This document shows positions 27,634 through 46,099 of a stretch of 64,000 bases of DNA, in pieces. The notes under the pieces were generated by a model. It ran no database searches. It was not told the DNA's origin and saw only the letters and a program-made list of their open reading frames with translations. The position numbers and the translations under genes were made by a program. The stretch is taken from assembly GCF_009914755.1 (NCBI RefSeq), contig NC_060935.1; one strand, given 5' to 3'. This DNA comes from the human T2T-CHM13v2.0 reference genome, Homo sapiens. The stretch's first letter is position 1. The number at the start of each line of letters is the position of its first letter.

Positions 27634-30600
27634 CTGCTCATCCGGGTTGGCTTCACAGCCTCCTGGAGTGTTGTGTCAGCCATGCAAAAAGGGCTCAAAT
27701 GTCACCATCTGCCTTTTATTAGTGACCAATTGGAGAAGGCTTAAGAATACTTATACTGGGGTTATTTATTGCCGGCTTTCTCCCAGCCTGGAGCTTGTAA
27801 ATTGCCTCTTATGAGATTAAGGGAAGCTGCCCCTCCAGAGAAGCAAGCAAATAGGAAGAAGGGAAGGAGAGAAGAAGTCAGCTCAGTGGCTCCTGGTGAC
27901 ATCAGAACAATATCGGGTAGGGTGGGAAAGACAAGGGCAGCGTGACTCAGATCATACCTCGAAACCCAAGTCTTGAATTCTGCTGTGTTCCTGCTGCTCA
28001 GCACAGGGCCAGCATCTAACACAGGAGGATCAGCTTTGAGAAATTTCCAGAATGCCCAGTTGGTGACCTGCTCGGGGAACAGGATTGGGGGTGATAGAGT
28101 ATGTTCTGACCCACTGACTGACTGATAAAAATGGATTTTTATGGAGGTTCTAGGGGGTTTCAGTCACTGTTTCCGCTCTCAGGATGCCATGGTGCCTCAG
28201 GCATGAGCAGGAGCCACCTCAGCAATCTCCAAGTCCCCAGGTTGGGTGTGGGGTGTGCAGGAGGGGCTGATATGTCTTCCGCTGAGTAGGCTCTGGAGCT
28301 GCGGGGAGGCAAATATGTGCAGAAGAAACTAGAATAAAAAGCTCTACACCATAAGCGTCAGAGTGAGGCACAAAGTCCCAAAGAAGGAGTCACAGAAGGG
28401 TTGGCTTCTGAAATGGCCAGGATGAAGACAAGGTGGGAATGTTCCCTGGAATGGGGAACAGCTTACGTCAAGTGTGGAGAACAGATGTGTTCATGGAATA
28501 AAAGCAGCAGTGCCACATGGTCTAGGCTTGATCTCTGACCCTGCCATTATGGCTGTGGGTCCCTGGGCAAATTGCTTAGTCCCTCTGAGCCTCAGTTTCC
28601 CCATTGGTTTAGCAATCAATACTTGTTGAGTTGTTTGTGAGAATGAAATAGGTCATTCTCTGTGATGTGCACAGAGCCCTGCCTGCCTTCCATAATGGCA
28701 GCTGGCAGTATCATTACAAGCCTAGCAGGCTGGGTGCACGGAGCATGTGTGTGCAGACTCTCTTAGTACAGCGCAAATCTAGAAAGTCCTGGTGGGTCAG
28801 ACCATGTGGGCCCTTGAACGTGTGCCAAGAAGTTTGTACTTCATGAGAAGTCATCAAAGGTTTTTGACCCACATGCTCAGATCTGAGTTTTAGAAAGATC
28901 ACGGTGATGACAGGGAGGAGGATGAATGAAGGAGGATAATCTGAAGACAGGGAGACTGATCAGCAAGGTTTTGCTGTCATGAGGACTCAGGCTAACGCTG
29001 CATCAATGGAAAGAAGAAATGGATTTAGGAGCCATTTGGGGGTAGAACTGATAGTACTTGACCAGGGATGAGGAAGATGAAAGTGTGAATGGATGATGGA
29101 GGAGCCATTTGCTGCTCAGGAGGAGAAGCGGGCTTGAGGTGAGGCAGTGAGTTCAGTTTTAAATGTGTTGATGGAGAGGGGTCCAGAATCCCCCAGGTGA
29201 TGCTGTCCCAGATGTAGTTGGGTCAATGGTTCTGGAGCTGGGAAGGAGGTGTGAAGAACTCACACTGACTGAGCACTCCCTATGGGTCAGGCAGTAGGAG
29301 AAGTATTTTCAGGTGTCCTCTCACTTGGTGTTGACCTGATAATTCAACTCCAAATATGGAAAGTTATAGATGTTGTTGTGACTATCTAAGAGGGACAAGG
29401 TTACTCCAGTCTGGGAGTGTTGGGAGTAGCTGCCTTGGGTGAAACATCTAACTCTTGTTGAGGTTTGCACAGGTTTTGAACCCTATCGGGATGGCAAGAG
29501 ATCATCTAACCTAATCTTCTCCCTTTAGACTGGGATTGGAAATATAAACAGAGAAGCCAGAAGAACCAGGCAGGGGTAGAAGACAGGGCCTTTTCTCTAT
29601 TGTCTGTTTCTCCTTGATTTCTACTGGGAGAGAGACAAAGAAACACTTTCCATCCCAGCATCGCCACCTGCAGCCATTGGTAGCTTGATTCTGATACACA
29701 CGTAAGGAGAAGCTTGCCAGTCTCATGAACATTACAGAAATTGCACTAGAATTTTACTTGGACTTACAAAAAAGAGGCTGACTGCTCTTCCCAGGGCTGG
29801 ATGAGGGGGTGGAAAGTCTGAGGGCACATTCCCCTATGCTTGTTCCTCACCCGGGCTGAGCCAGTGTGGGCAGCCTGTGATTCTCCCAGCCTCGCACTTC
29901 TCTCCCAGGACACAAAATCCACCAAGGTTGTCCTGGACAGTGTGGATCTTTAACGAAGAGCAATCGGGCTGGCCGAGGCAGGGTGAGTCCAAAGTCACTA
30001 TAAATCCTTTGCCTACTGATGATCAGGATCGCGGCCCCTGCCAAAGCCTGCACTGTACTCATTAGTGGCAGGGAGAGGGATTCTTCCATCGATCCAGCCA
30101 AGGCCTGGATGCCACGAAGACACTGATAAGTGCTGCTGGAAATATGGGCTCTTCAGTGCCCATGGCAGAGCCCATCCATCCCTGCCCGAGGTCACCTGGA
30201 GGTCTAAATGAGACAGGACGGGCATAGCAGAGTGGGTTTATGGTGGGGGAGTGGAGATGGGAGATGCTCGACAGCGCATGAAGCAGAGACCCTGGCTGTG
30301 GTCTCAGGCCTGTTGCTGGCCAGCCATGGGACCCTGGCTAAGCCCCCTTTCTTCTCTGAGTCTCAGGCTCTTGTGTCTTCTGACTGGAATGTGCCCTCAC
30401 TGAGCCGGCACCTTGGGATGTGTTGGAGCAGCATGGAAGGAAGAGAGTGGCACTAAGGGGCAGGGATGGAACTATGCCATTAGCTCAAGAGGGAGCTGCA
30501 GGCTCGGCTATGGGCAGGCTCGGCTACAGCAGACAGAGTGCCCATCAACCCCTCTCAGAGGGCGTCAGCGTGGGCACCACCAGGAGAGGCTGGAGGCTAG

Positions 30601-31024
30601 GTCATGGATTGGCTGACTCCAAGATGCCCAGCACCTCTTGCTCCCATGTCTAAGGGGTACTGTATGGACACATGAAGCTTTGTCCTTGTCCTGGGCCCAG
30701 AAGGTACCAGTTGATGCTGCCTCTGCCACCTCTTAGCTGTGTGCCCTTGGGCCTGACTCTTTAACTAAGACTCAGATGCCTTATCTGTAAAATGCAAGGT
30801 TTAAGCGCCTTCCTCCCAACCCTAATGCTTGATGTTCTAACTTATCCAAAATCCTATTTCGGGGGTGGGGGGTGGTCCTAAGGTTGAAAATAATAAAATC
30901 AAGGTGCAAAGAAGTGAAAGCAAGTCTCTCAAGGACACTTGGCCTTTTGGGGGCTCAGATCTATATCCTAAACATTAAAAAAAGTAAACAAAATAATCAT
31001 TTATGCTGCTATAGCCTTGTCAGT

Positions 31025-31213
31025 CAGACACGGTTCTAAAACTTCCATGTGCATGAGGATCACCTGGGGGACTGGCTAAAAATAACAGTTTCCTGGGCTC
31101 CAACTCAGAGATTCTGGGATAGTGGCTCTGAGCTGGGTCAAGGAATCTGCATTTTAATAGCTTCTGGGTCATCCTTCTGCAGGCGGTTTCTGGGCCACAT
31201 CCTAAGGGCACTG
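31025..31213. mobile_element. MER5A/B-like hAT-Charlie MITE
   Basis: gatcacctggggg...tcctgggctccaactcagagattctg...aggaatctgcattttaa; roughly palindromic, about 190 bp. Confidence 0.75.
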
Positions 31214-34200
31214 TTGTGTGCCCACAGCACGGGCTTGTGGGCCTGGGTTATTTCTAGTTCAGGCTCTGTCACTGGGTGGCCTTGATTAAGTGGCTGTCTC
31301 TCTCTCGGGGTGCGCATTGATGTTCCCACTGCACAGTGAAGGCATTTTCACACCTTTTGAAAGTTCATGCAACCCTTTTTGTCAGTGAAGTCTCACAGGG
31401 AATCCCAGTGTATAAAACGGTGGAGGCAGAGCTGAGGCAGCGCGGGAAGGACCGAGTCCTGCCCTCGGCAGCCCTGCAGCGGGCCCTCAGGACCCTCTGT
31501 GCAATGCTCAAGGATTCCAAAGGCCCTGTGCAGTTTTGATGCTCTTCAGGTGTCCTGTGAAGGGCCACGTGGCTACATCCCACTGACGGTGTGAAAGCAG
31601 GCCCACCCGGCGTGCACTGAGTGACTCAGGCAGGCTGGTCTGAAGCACGAGGTGCCTTGGTCTTGCTCTCTGAGCCTGCATGGAGAATCACAGCTCAGAC
31701 CTGGTGCTTATAGAGGAGTCTTCTCATGGTTCCTGGAGTTGTTCCCAACTGGACACAGACCATCTTGGGGCAACGTCCTGGGTTTCTCCCCTCTTGGAGA
31801 CCAAATACAATCAACTCTTAATTATCTTTGTTAGTGGAGAAGAGCAGGGTGTGTATAATCTAGAATGATGGACAATCCAAAACAGTGAATAATCCTAAGT
31901 AACATTCATTTTTGACTTTGGAATGCATTTTGATATTCACATTTGAATATGGATATGTTTGATGTTCTAGGAATTTTTCATACTTAAAAAAAACACTCAA
32001 CCCAAGGGTGGGGCTCCCTCTCTGCCTCCTACTCAGCTGAGGGGAGAACATCACCTCTGGGACTGGCCCAAAGCTACAGTCAGGTGCACCCCACCTTCCC
32101 CATCTCCTGTCTTTATGGCTCACACCTTATCTAGGAAGGGAGGGGGATATTAACAGATTTTGCCTTTAAAGGACTTTTATTCCCTTTGGACCTTATGCAA
32201 ATAAGAGTAAAATAAGAAGCTGTGAAATGTTAACAGAGGACTTCATTAAGCAAACTTGGTGATAGCATTTGCCAGGAATGGGGACAATTTGCCAACAGAT
32301 ACTTGAGTGCTGACTATATATGTGTCCTAATTAAAAAAGTGATACTTCTCACTGTCCTGGGATTGTGGGCCGTCTTCTGGTGGGTTTGGGATATTAACCA
32401 CAACTAACTCCGATACAAAGCACTTCACATACATTATCTTACCTAATCCACCTTCATAGCACCCCGTGGAGCAGGTCCCATCATCAGCCCCCGTGTAGAG
32501 ACTTGAATATCACAGCTCCAAGCCAGATGTCCCCCGTGAATATACCCTCCCAATTCTGCCCTATTCTACTCCACTCTGCCTCTCCTGTCACCCCCCAAAC
32601 AGAGGCCCTGCAAAGCCTCAGCTGGTCTGCATCAATCAAAGAGAACGAAGCAAAACTAACTTGCCATTACTGCCCTAGTCTCTCTGATTGTTGGAAGTAG
32701 AGATGTTTCAAGGAGAGGTTTTGTGCTGGAAGCCCCTTGAAAGGATGGAGAGGGAGTGTGAGGACTGCCGGAGACGCCCAGCCTAGGAGGGGAAGCTTTC
32801 TGCTTTTCCAGCAGGACAGAACTCCTTAGAAGCAGGTGTAGCCCTGGCTCATATCCACCATCCTGAGAAATAGAAAATCTTTCCCATTTTACGGACAAGG
32901 AAACTCAGAGAGGTTAACTAACACATCCAGGGTCACAGGGTGTGGTAGAGGTAGGGTTTGAGCCATTTGACTCCAGGCCTGGCTTTTTTTCCCCCAACAG
33001 TAGCCGGTCAGCAGAGGGTGTTTGATCTGTGTGGTTTCCTCTTCAGAAAGCAGAGACTCACTACTGTGCCCCCTACCTGCCCCCAGCTGAGCTCCAAAAA
33101 CAGCTATAAAGCTGATGGGAAGCCGATAGGACAGCCCCTGCCCTTCCTGAAGACCACGGAAACCTCTCCCACGGTGCCCTTGGGGCTGAGATCAGCTCTG
33201 TCACCAATACTTCAGGGCAAAAGTCGTTGGCACCACTTTTAATCCTAATCCTGTGTGGCCTTATTCAGAAGCCCTTTGCAAAGGCCGATCCCTGGCCATA
33301 GCTCTCTCTGCTCGGCCTTGGGCTGGGTGAATAATGACTTCCATTTCCTGCCCTGCTGGAGCCTTGGGTCTTTGCCACTGCCACCGTGGTGCTGAGCCAC
33401 TTATTTGTTGTGAGATGACCCAAGGAGGACCAGCCGGTACCTGCTAGGCCCTTCTGCTGGGGCACGGGGTCAGGGGGCAGCACATGGGCATGTGGCCCCA
33501 CTCCTGTCTGCTCCCCAGGACAACTCTATTTTCCAGCATGGAGTGCCCCTGGAGGTGGCGACAGCTCCTCTAATAAGAGAGTTACTCATGGCTTCACTGG
33601 AGAGAAGAGAGCAGCTTTCAACCCCCCTCTCCTAAACGCAACGATATTTGGTAACATGCGGCATCTTGGGGAGAGCATTCATGTCTGTAATTAGTTACTG
33701 TATATCACGGTTAGTACTCTGCTCAGAATTTACGGGGCAAATACCATTTAACTGCACAATAACTGCAGGTCCTTGCTGCTTATTGGGTAATTTACTAAGG
33801 CTGGAAGAACGGGGCAGGAGGGATTCTGAATGGGAGGTATTGTAACCCCTTGAATCAAACTTTATGAGTTTGGGTTTGGCAGGGAGGCAGCTGCTTGCAG
33901 CCAGTTCTCTTCTCTTTGTTTTGCAGAGTTGGCTGGCAGACTGCTTCCTTCCCTTGATTTATTGCAGGATGATAGGTCTGGGACTGGGGGTGGGACTGCC
34001 CGGGGCTACCTGGGGCTATGGAAGGGACTTTCCATAGAGGGTCTTTGGCTGAGAGTCTGCAGCAGGAACCCAGAGTCGGTGTCCTGGGGGCTCCATGCAG
34101 GACAGCAAATGGGCCCTGTCATTTATTTACTCCCTCCACGGGGCTGCTTTTTGTATCTGGGCCAGTGGGTGGAGAGTGCAGGGAGCTGTCCTTGGTTGGC

Positions 34201-34953
34201 AGCATCAAGATAATCGCCTAAGCCCTTTCTTCTCTTGCAAGTCCGTTGCTGCCTGGGAAGCAGCCATTCCTGGACACTTGGCCGACATTCCTGGCCTTAA
34301 TCTGCTTGAGCAAAGTCTGTCTTTGTTTGGCCATGCACTGTCTAAACTCCTCTAACCTATTTAGGCCACAGAGAGGGGAGAAGACACAATAATGAAAAAC
34401 TCAACGTGCAACATTGCCTTACGCAATCTAATAAATTACTTGGTACCCGGCTGCCAGCTCAGACTAAGCCCAATATTGCCTGCAGTAATTATTTGGATCA
34501 AATGCAGTTTATCTGCTTCATATTTGTGCTTCTGTGCTCAGTGATAACTTATAAATGTCATTGTGGTGTTTATTTGTTATAATGAAACTTAATGGCATTG
34601 GAAGCCAAGAGCAGAACTGGTGGGGCGGCAGGTTTAAAACAATCTCTTCATCTCGGGAGAAGGAATGAGCCAAGATAACATGAAACTGCCCTATAGGGAA
34701 GAGATTTGCAGAGATAGTGGTGTCCTCGTGCTGTGTGGTGGACGGGAGTGAGCCAGGAGCTTTGAGCTGGCACCAAGGGGAGCCGTCTTTGCCTCCAGAG
34801 ATATCTATCTGGATCGGGGAGACATGGCTGAGCTTCACCCTGCACTGCCCCATCTGTCCTTGCTGCTTTCAGGGGTGGGAGGTGTTCAGTCTTTATACCA
34901 CCTGATGCCTGCCTGGGATAAGAGATGAATAGGGATGGAAATTAGAGTCCCTG

Positions 34954-35116
34954 GGCCAGGCACGGTGGCCCACGCCTGTAATCCCAGCACTTTGGGAGGC
35001 CATTGAGGGAGGATTGCTTGAGCCCAGGAGTTCGAGACCAGCCTGACAACATGTGAGACCCTGTCTCAATTTTTAAAAATAAAATAAAATAAAATAAAAT
35101 AAAATAAATAAAATAA
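34954..35116 (+). mobile_element. FLAM/Alu monomer with (TAAAA)n tail
   Basis: ggccaggcacggtggcccacgcctgtaatccc...gagaccctgtctc followed by the tail. Confidence 0.85.
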
Positions 35117-35364
35117 AGAACTCCTGGATGACTGCATTATGGAGAACAGGCCTTCAGGGAGAAGGAAGGGAGCAGGGTTGGAGAATAAAGGAGGATATCA
35201 TGAGGGCCCAGACAGAAGGTGGCAAGGCTTTCTCTTCTGGTTCTGGAGGGCATTGGTGGTAGGAAGCACAGAGCATGAGCAGAACAGGGAAGAGCTTTCA
35301 AGGGTTGCAGGGCAGGGCCCCCACTGGCGCTGCAGAAGTACCTGAGGCAAGGGCCATTTAATGT

Positions 35365-35630
35365 AGAACTCAGGGTTTTGGCTTCATACAGTCCTGGGCT
35401 CTGCTATTTCCTAGCTGTGTGGCTTTGGGCAAGTTATTTGTCTTTCCTAAGTTTCATTTTCTTTATGTGGAAAATGGGAGTGATAATAGATACCTCTCAA
35501 GATTCTGGTGATGATTAAATGAAGTGATGTGTGTAAAGTAATGACTGTGGTGTTTGGCACACAGGATATATGATAAATAAGGGGCTGTGGCAGTGATTGG
35601 CACATAGTAGATGTTCAATAAATGTTGAGT
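35365..35630 (+). mobile_element. MIR (possibly with an L2 3' end)
   Basis: ctagctgtgtggctttgggcaagttattt...gaaaatgggagtgataata. Confidence 0.7.
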
Positions 35631-36642
35631 GTATCCATGAATAATAACACTTCCCACTTGTGTGCATTACAAAACCCTCCTCCAAACAGCTGAGCTTGGA
35701 TTTAGACCTCACAATTGTTCAGGGTTGATCTTCTCATTTTACAGTGGGAAATGGAGGCCCAGTGAGGTTATGGTAACTTGCCCAAGGCTTCCCAGCTGGT
35801 AGATGGAATGGGGTCTTAGTTCTCCTACCTCCCAGGGCAAGGTTGCTGCCACCAGTCCACCCTGGACAGCTCCCAATCTGTGCTGGGAGACTGACCTCAT
35901 CCTTCCTGATGAGCTGCCCCTGCTCCTTGGAGACCAGGCACAGAGCCTGTGCTGACCTCCCCAGCACAACCTGGGGGCAGAAGCAAGCGGGCCGCTTTCT
36001 GTCCATTTCATCTTAATACAACATTCAGCATTCACTCATAAAATATTCATTTTCTCTCCTCGGTGACATGCTCATGCAAGTCTCCTAACATCATAAATAT
36101 GGATGAAGACTATTAGTCATTTTTATTTATCTCACTAGCCCCTTCCCTCCCCAGCACACCTTTTGTCTTGATCTCAGCACAAATGGGACTGAATTGGGGC
36201 TATTAACCCGGATCTCTGATAATAAAGCCTTGCATCCTGTGGTGCTTTATACTTTTTTTCAAAGCATCACGCAATCGTGATGCATATTTTCTCCTTACAA
36301 CAAATGCGTGGAGGAAAGAGGGCTAGCATCATGAGTATACCCATTTCGCAGATGAGAACATAGAGGTCAAGAGAGATCAAGGTCAAAGTCATATACTGAG
36401 ACAGGAACAGAACTAATTTTTAAAAAACATTATTATTGTTATTTGTTTGTTTGACCTCCAAGGAAAGGTTCTCTGGGACACTGAGTGTGTTTGCTTCACA
36501 CAAATAAATAATCTGTATAGTATTTTACAAGTTTATAAAGAGTGTTCACCCATGTTACTTGGTGGGTCCCCACAAGGCAGGTATGATTTACTCTTGTTTG
36601 ACAAAGCTCACACAACCAGTTAGTGGCAGATCTGGGCTCTAA

Positions 36643-36736
36643 AACATTATTTCCCAAAGTGGATTTCAGGGACCACTAGTCCTGACACATGCTGCAGGAA
36701 AAATGTTTTGTGGTCAAATGAGTTTGGGAACTCTGT
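36643..36736. mobile_element. Possible hAT-Charlie MITE fragment
   Basis: TIR-like ends cattatttcccaaa ... tttgggaactctg. Confidence 0.35.
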
Positions 36737-39489
36737 GAGTCATATCCCCTTTGGGTGGCTTACCATGGCCTTTGGTGTATTAGTGTCTCTGAGAAGTTCT
36801 GCAGGAAAGACTCTCATTTTGTTAGGTCTCATGTAGCTTCTCCCCACCGTGTCTAATCACGAAGGCTGCATCTGACGGAAAACCTATTAACATGCTACAG
36901 AAATGCTGCCTGTGTGTACGCGTGATCCCTCCTCCCCCGTGTGTTTGGAGGCAGTGAGGATTAGAGCGTGGCTGGGAGAGGAGCGTGCAGGGGTAAGGAC
37001 GGGGTAGGGGACCCACTGCTGGGGACTACTAGAGCTGAAGCTCCCCTCCTCAGGCTGTGTCCTCTCTTTCCCTCTGGGCAGTGCAGAAAATTCACTCAAT
37101 ATTAGGCACAGTCAGCCCAGCCCATATCTGGGGCAGGATCAGAGGGGCCGCCTGAGTGGCCGAGTGGGGGGTCTGTGGTCAGTGAATGGTGGGAGATTTG
37201 GGGACGGCAGTCCTTGGCCATGGGGAAAAATCAACAGGGACCCACAATAGGGGCTTAGTCAAGTCTGCCCTGGACGATGGTGGGGAAGTCACCCTATCCT
37301 CGTCGCCCAGACACAAAGCTCCCGAGGCAGGGTGGAAGTAAGAAGGCCAGGCTTTGGCGTTCAGCTGGCTTACTCTAACATCTGTGTGCCTTTAGGTGAT
37401 GATCTAATCTGTCTGAGCCTCTGTTTCTTCCTCCTCAGAATGCGGATAACACTACCCACTTTGTGACGTGGTGAGGATTAGATGGTGCAAGTGTGCAAAA
37501 GTACCCTCCTTGGCCCTCGTCTTTGTGTGTCAGCTCCATCTCTCTTCCCCTGCTTTTTTGGAGCCCCTCAGTCAGAACAAATAGCTTCCCACCTCCAGTC
37601 CTCCACGAGCCTGTCATCTGTACCTCTCTTTAGTTCTCCCATCGCCCTGCCTTCTGCCATTTTATTATATGCCCATCTCCCCAATGGACCTGAAGTTCTC
37701 TGCAGGCTGCTGCTGACTCTCTCAGTGCCCACTTGTATCTGCAGGCCCGACCATCCCGCGTCTTCAGGCCAACCTCCCATTGCCGGTGTCTGGACCCCTT
37801 CTCTTGAGGGCTTTCTCTTTAGCTGCGGAGGCCACTGTGCCCTCACACAGAGCAGGCCAGACCTGCTGGGAGACAACACCCTCACCCAGCAGCACTCCAC
37901 CCATGCCCTACAGGAGCTGGTGCAGAAATACCCCACCGCTTGGGTGCCCTAGCTGTGAGGTGGTGTTCAATAGCACTTCTCAGAGTTTCTTACTGGGACT
38001 GGGCTCTGGCTGCCCATAGTGGTAGCAGGTTTGGGGTCCCCCCATGCCGATGCCTCCTTTCCCATGTCAATTTCCAACCCTCCCGCTGGCACCTCTGCAC
38101 CTTCATGAGGAATGACTACACTAGCGCTCTTGCTTAGGGCCTGCTTCCAGGGGAACCTGAGGTAAGATAAGGGCATCCTCCAGGTGTCATTCATCTCTGC
38201 GTACACAGTGGGTGCTGATGAATCTCTGAATCCAGCAGAAATGAGCCATAGGAACAGCGCAGGGGTGACTGTCAATCAAGGCAATGACGTCAGTGGGCTC
38301 ACCACGTGGGTGGGTCCTGGGAGCAACGAGATAGAATACCTGCTCCCTTCCACATCTGGAAGCATCCACAGCCACACTCACACCTCTGTACCTTCCCCAC
38401 CTAATGTTTAGTCAAACCTTGGCAGGCACAGAGGAGCTGAGGTCCAGGGTCCTTTCTCTATGAGCTGAGAGCAGGTTAGTGTTGTGTTTTGAGATCCTTT
38501 TATGAATAATGGTTGAGAAGTGCTGCTCTTTAGTACTAAGAATAGTGGTTATTCCTAGTGCATTTGACTCGGAGATGGGGACTATTCCATTGCTCTATTT
38601 GTCCCACACTCGGTACACAGTTACTGAAACTGTCACCGTGTCCTATATTCCATAGGCCATTATGTGTATTTCAAACCGTTATATAAATGGACTTGATTTG
38701 GCACTTCTGAATGTCATTAAACTCCTCCCATACCAGTAACAACACAGTTTCCATAGAAACGAATACATTTCAGAAAGGAAGGCACAGGGAAGAAAGCAGA
38801 TGGAGTTAGGGGGAAAACGCGGCCCCCTGGTTCCTACTTCCAGAGCACAGGGCCCGGCACTGTGACATGAGCACTCTGTGGAGGTGGGGCAAGCTCCTTC
38901 AGGTTTTTATTGACTCCCTTTGATAAAAGCCCTGGATAATTCATCTCAGCCTGAACCTGCTCATTCCAGCGCACGGCTCTAAAAACTTTATGGCACCGCA
39001 AGCCATTAAGCGCCTTCGTTTATTCCAACTTCTCTGGGGCTTTCTTCAGACCCTGGGGAGAGGGCTGGGGGAGGGTCTCAGCACTCAAAGAATTCTGTGA
39101 TGAAGCCTTTGAGGCTGGCTGGGGATGGAAGGAAGAAGCAGAGAGAAGAAAGGAGGCCTCCCCGGTGCAGTTGACATAGTGGAGACCCCAGGATCTTGCC
39201 AGTGGCTGCTGTCCAAGTCACTGGGCCCCCTCGTCATCAGTAAAGCTAGAATGCGAAAACTGCAGCCTCCTGGGGTGGAAGCGGTGTGGCGTTTGGAGAG
39301 CCTGGCTGAGGAGCTGCCCACCGCCTCGGCAGGCTGCAAGTTTCTTGTCTTTGGAGGGATTCAAGCATAGGTTGCAACAGCCTCTTAGAATAAAACATCT
39401 CACAGGGCTTATTTCTCCAGAAGCCATGCTGGACACTCCTCTCCTGGCCTACAGTGTGATTGGATTCTCCTTCTCTGTTTCCAATAGCT

Positions 39490-39655
39490 ACTTATTCATA
39501 CCCGGTTACCGCAACTGCGACATTGTATTGTAGTTGCTGACGTGTTTGTCTCTCCCCGCAAGACAGTGGTATCCTTGGGGGCAGGGACTGTGTTTTTACA
39601 TGCACAGCGCCAGGCACAGAGCGGGTACTGGACACATGGTTGGTGAATAAATGAG
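39490..39655 (+). mobile_element. L2 3' end
   Basis: tccttgggggcagggactgtgt...caggcacagagcgggtac...ttggtgaataaatga. Confidence 0.7.
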
Positions 39656-39828
39656 CATTCCGCCGTGTTCACAGTCTTTACACACACTGGTACTTGGCAG
39701 GGATATGGAACCAGATGACCTTTGGTCCCTTCTGGCCTGGAGAATCTGTAATGATAGGGGTCTAAGCCTGCCCTGACTACACCCGGGATTTGAATCTAGA
39801 TTTCTCCTACTCCTAAGCCACAGGGTTA

Positions 39829-40985
<1,157 letters not shown>

Positions 40986-41117
40986 CCTCAGGCCATGCCC
41001 TGACTTTCAACCACTGATCCCTTACAGCAAAAGAATATATATGATCATTTAACAATTAGTCCAGCGCACTGTATTGCATGAATGTCTCCCAGGGTGAGGC
41101 CACTCAGGTTTGCAGGC

Positions 41118-41411
41118 TTTTTTTTTTTTTTTTTGAGACAGAGTCTCGCTCTGTTTCTCAGGCTGAGTGCAATGGTGTGACCTCGGCTCACTGCAACCTC
41201 TCCTGGGTTCAAGCGATTCTCCTGCCTCAGCCTCCTGAGTAGCTGGGATTACAGGCATGCGCCACCATGCCCGACTAATTTTTGTATTTTTAGTAGAGAT
41301 GGGGTTTCACCATGTTAGTCAGGCTGGTCTTGAACTCCTGACCTCAGGTGATCCACCCGCCTTGGCCTCCCAAAGTGCTGGGATTACAGGCGTGAGCCAC
41401 TGTGCCCAGCC
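41118..41411 (-). mobile_element. AluSx-like, TSD tgcaggcttt
   Basis: Full reverse dimer. Confidence 0.9.
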
Positions 41412-41470
41412 TGCAGGCTTTCTTTAGATTTGAAGAAAAGATTCCAAAACCAGGAGTGGTCCCAGCAAAC

Positions 41471-43980
<2,510 letters not shown>

Positions 43981-44164
43981 AAAGTCTATGATTGTCAAAT
44001 TATCCAGTCCCAGCATCTTGGAGCTACTGACTAGGGGCAGAGAAGGTCACTGTCCTCACTTTGCTGACAACATCTATGCAAACACTGTGTTGGGCTCCTG
44101 GGATCTAATGGAGACCAAACAGAGCCAACTGACTGGTAGGGGAGACAGGTGTTATTAACACAAA

Positions 44165-44800
44165 ATAACTGGGCTCCCAGCTAAACCCCACCCTTAAGCC
44201 TGGAACTGCAGCCCTTAGTGAAAACAGGTGACTCAATTTTTCTCCCAATTGTTGCTTTTTTGGCCTGCCACATCCCTATCCTGTGCCCATGAAAAGACTT
44301 CAGCTGGCAGAGTAACACAAGCGGCTGAGCGTCAGGGATACAAGTGGCTGAGTGGTGAGCAGGGCAGCAACTGGGCATCGGAGACTATGGATAGACGAGG
44401 CTAACTTCAGACAGTGCAGCTTCAGGGAATGATTGCCTTCTTCCTGCACCATCCCCTTTCCAACTCCTCATTCCGCCAAGAGCCCCTTCCATCTCCCAAT
44501 AAAATCCTCCGCATACACTACCCTTCAATCTGTTCATGTGACCTGATTCTTCCTGACACTGGACAAGAAGCTGGGTGCCGAGAGGGCAGGAGCTTGGACA
44601 CTGCTGTGGGGCCGCACAGAGCCTGCTTCTGCCAGAGATGAGTGACTGGCCGGTTCCAGCGTTCATTCCCTCTGGTTCCTGCACTTGCTTGCTCACACAC
44701 TCCCTCTCTCAAGCAGTGGCCAGAGGTAGGCTGAGTGAAACAAGCCACTCCAGTTCCCACCCACAAAGAGGGTCAAGGTTAAGGGAATTATCCCATCTCA
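44165..44800 (+). mobile_element. ERV1 solo LTR (LTR27/LTR28/MER52 group), inserted into an L2
   Basis: Starts with ctaaaccccacccttaagcctggaac, has AATAAA at 44498-44503 and ends aagggaattatcccatctca (terminal CA). L2-like sequence resumes on both sides. Confidence 0.7.
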
Positions 44801-45800
<1,000 letters not shown>

Positions 45801-45812
45801 TAAAGGAACTTT

Positions 45813-46099
45813 GGCTGGGTGCAGAGGCTCCTGTCTGTAATCCTAGCACTTTGGGAGGCCCAGGTGGGAGGATTGCTTGAGGCCAGGGGTTTGAGACCAG
45901 TCTGGGCAACATAGTGAGGCACTGTCTCTACGAAAATTTAAAAAATTAGCTGGGCATGGTGGTGCATGCTTGTTCTTCTGGCTACTTGGGAGGCTGGGGT
46001 GGGATTGCTTGAGCTTAGGAATTGGAGGCTATAGTGAGCCACGATGGTACCACTGCACTCTAGCAGAATGAAACCTTGTTTTGGTGAAAAAAAGAAAAA
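45813..46099 (+). mobile_element. AluJ-like, TSD aaaggaactt
   Basis: Diverged dimer with the TSD on both sides. Confidence 0.88.
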
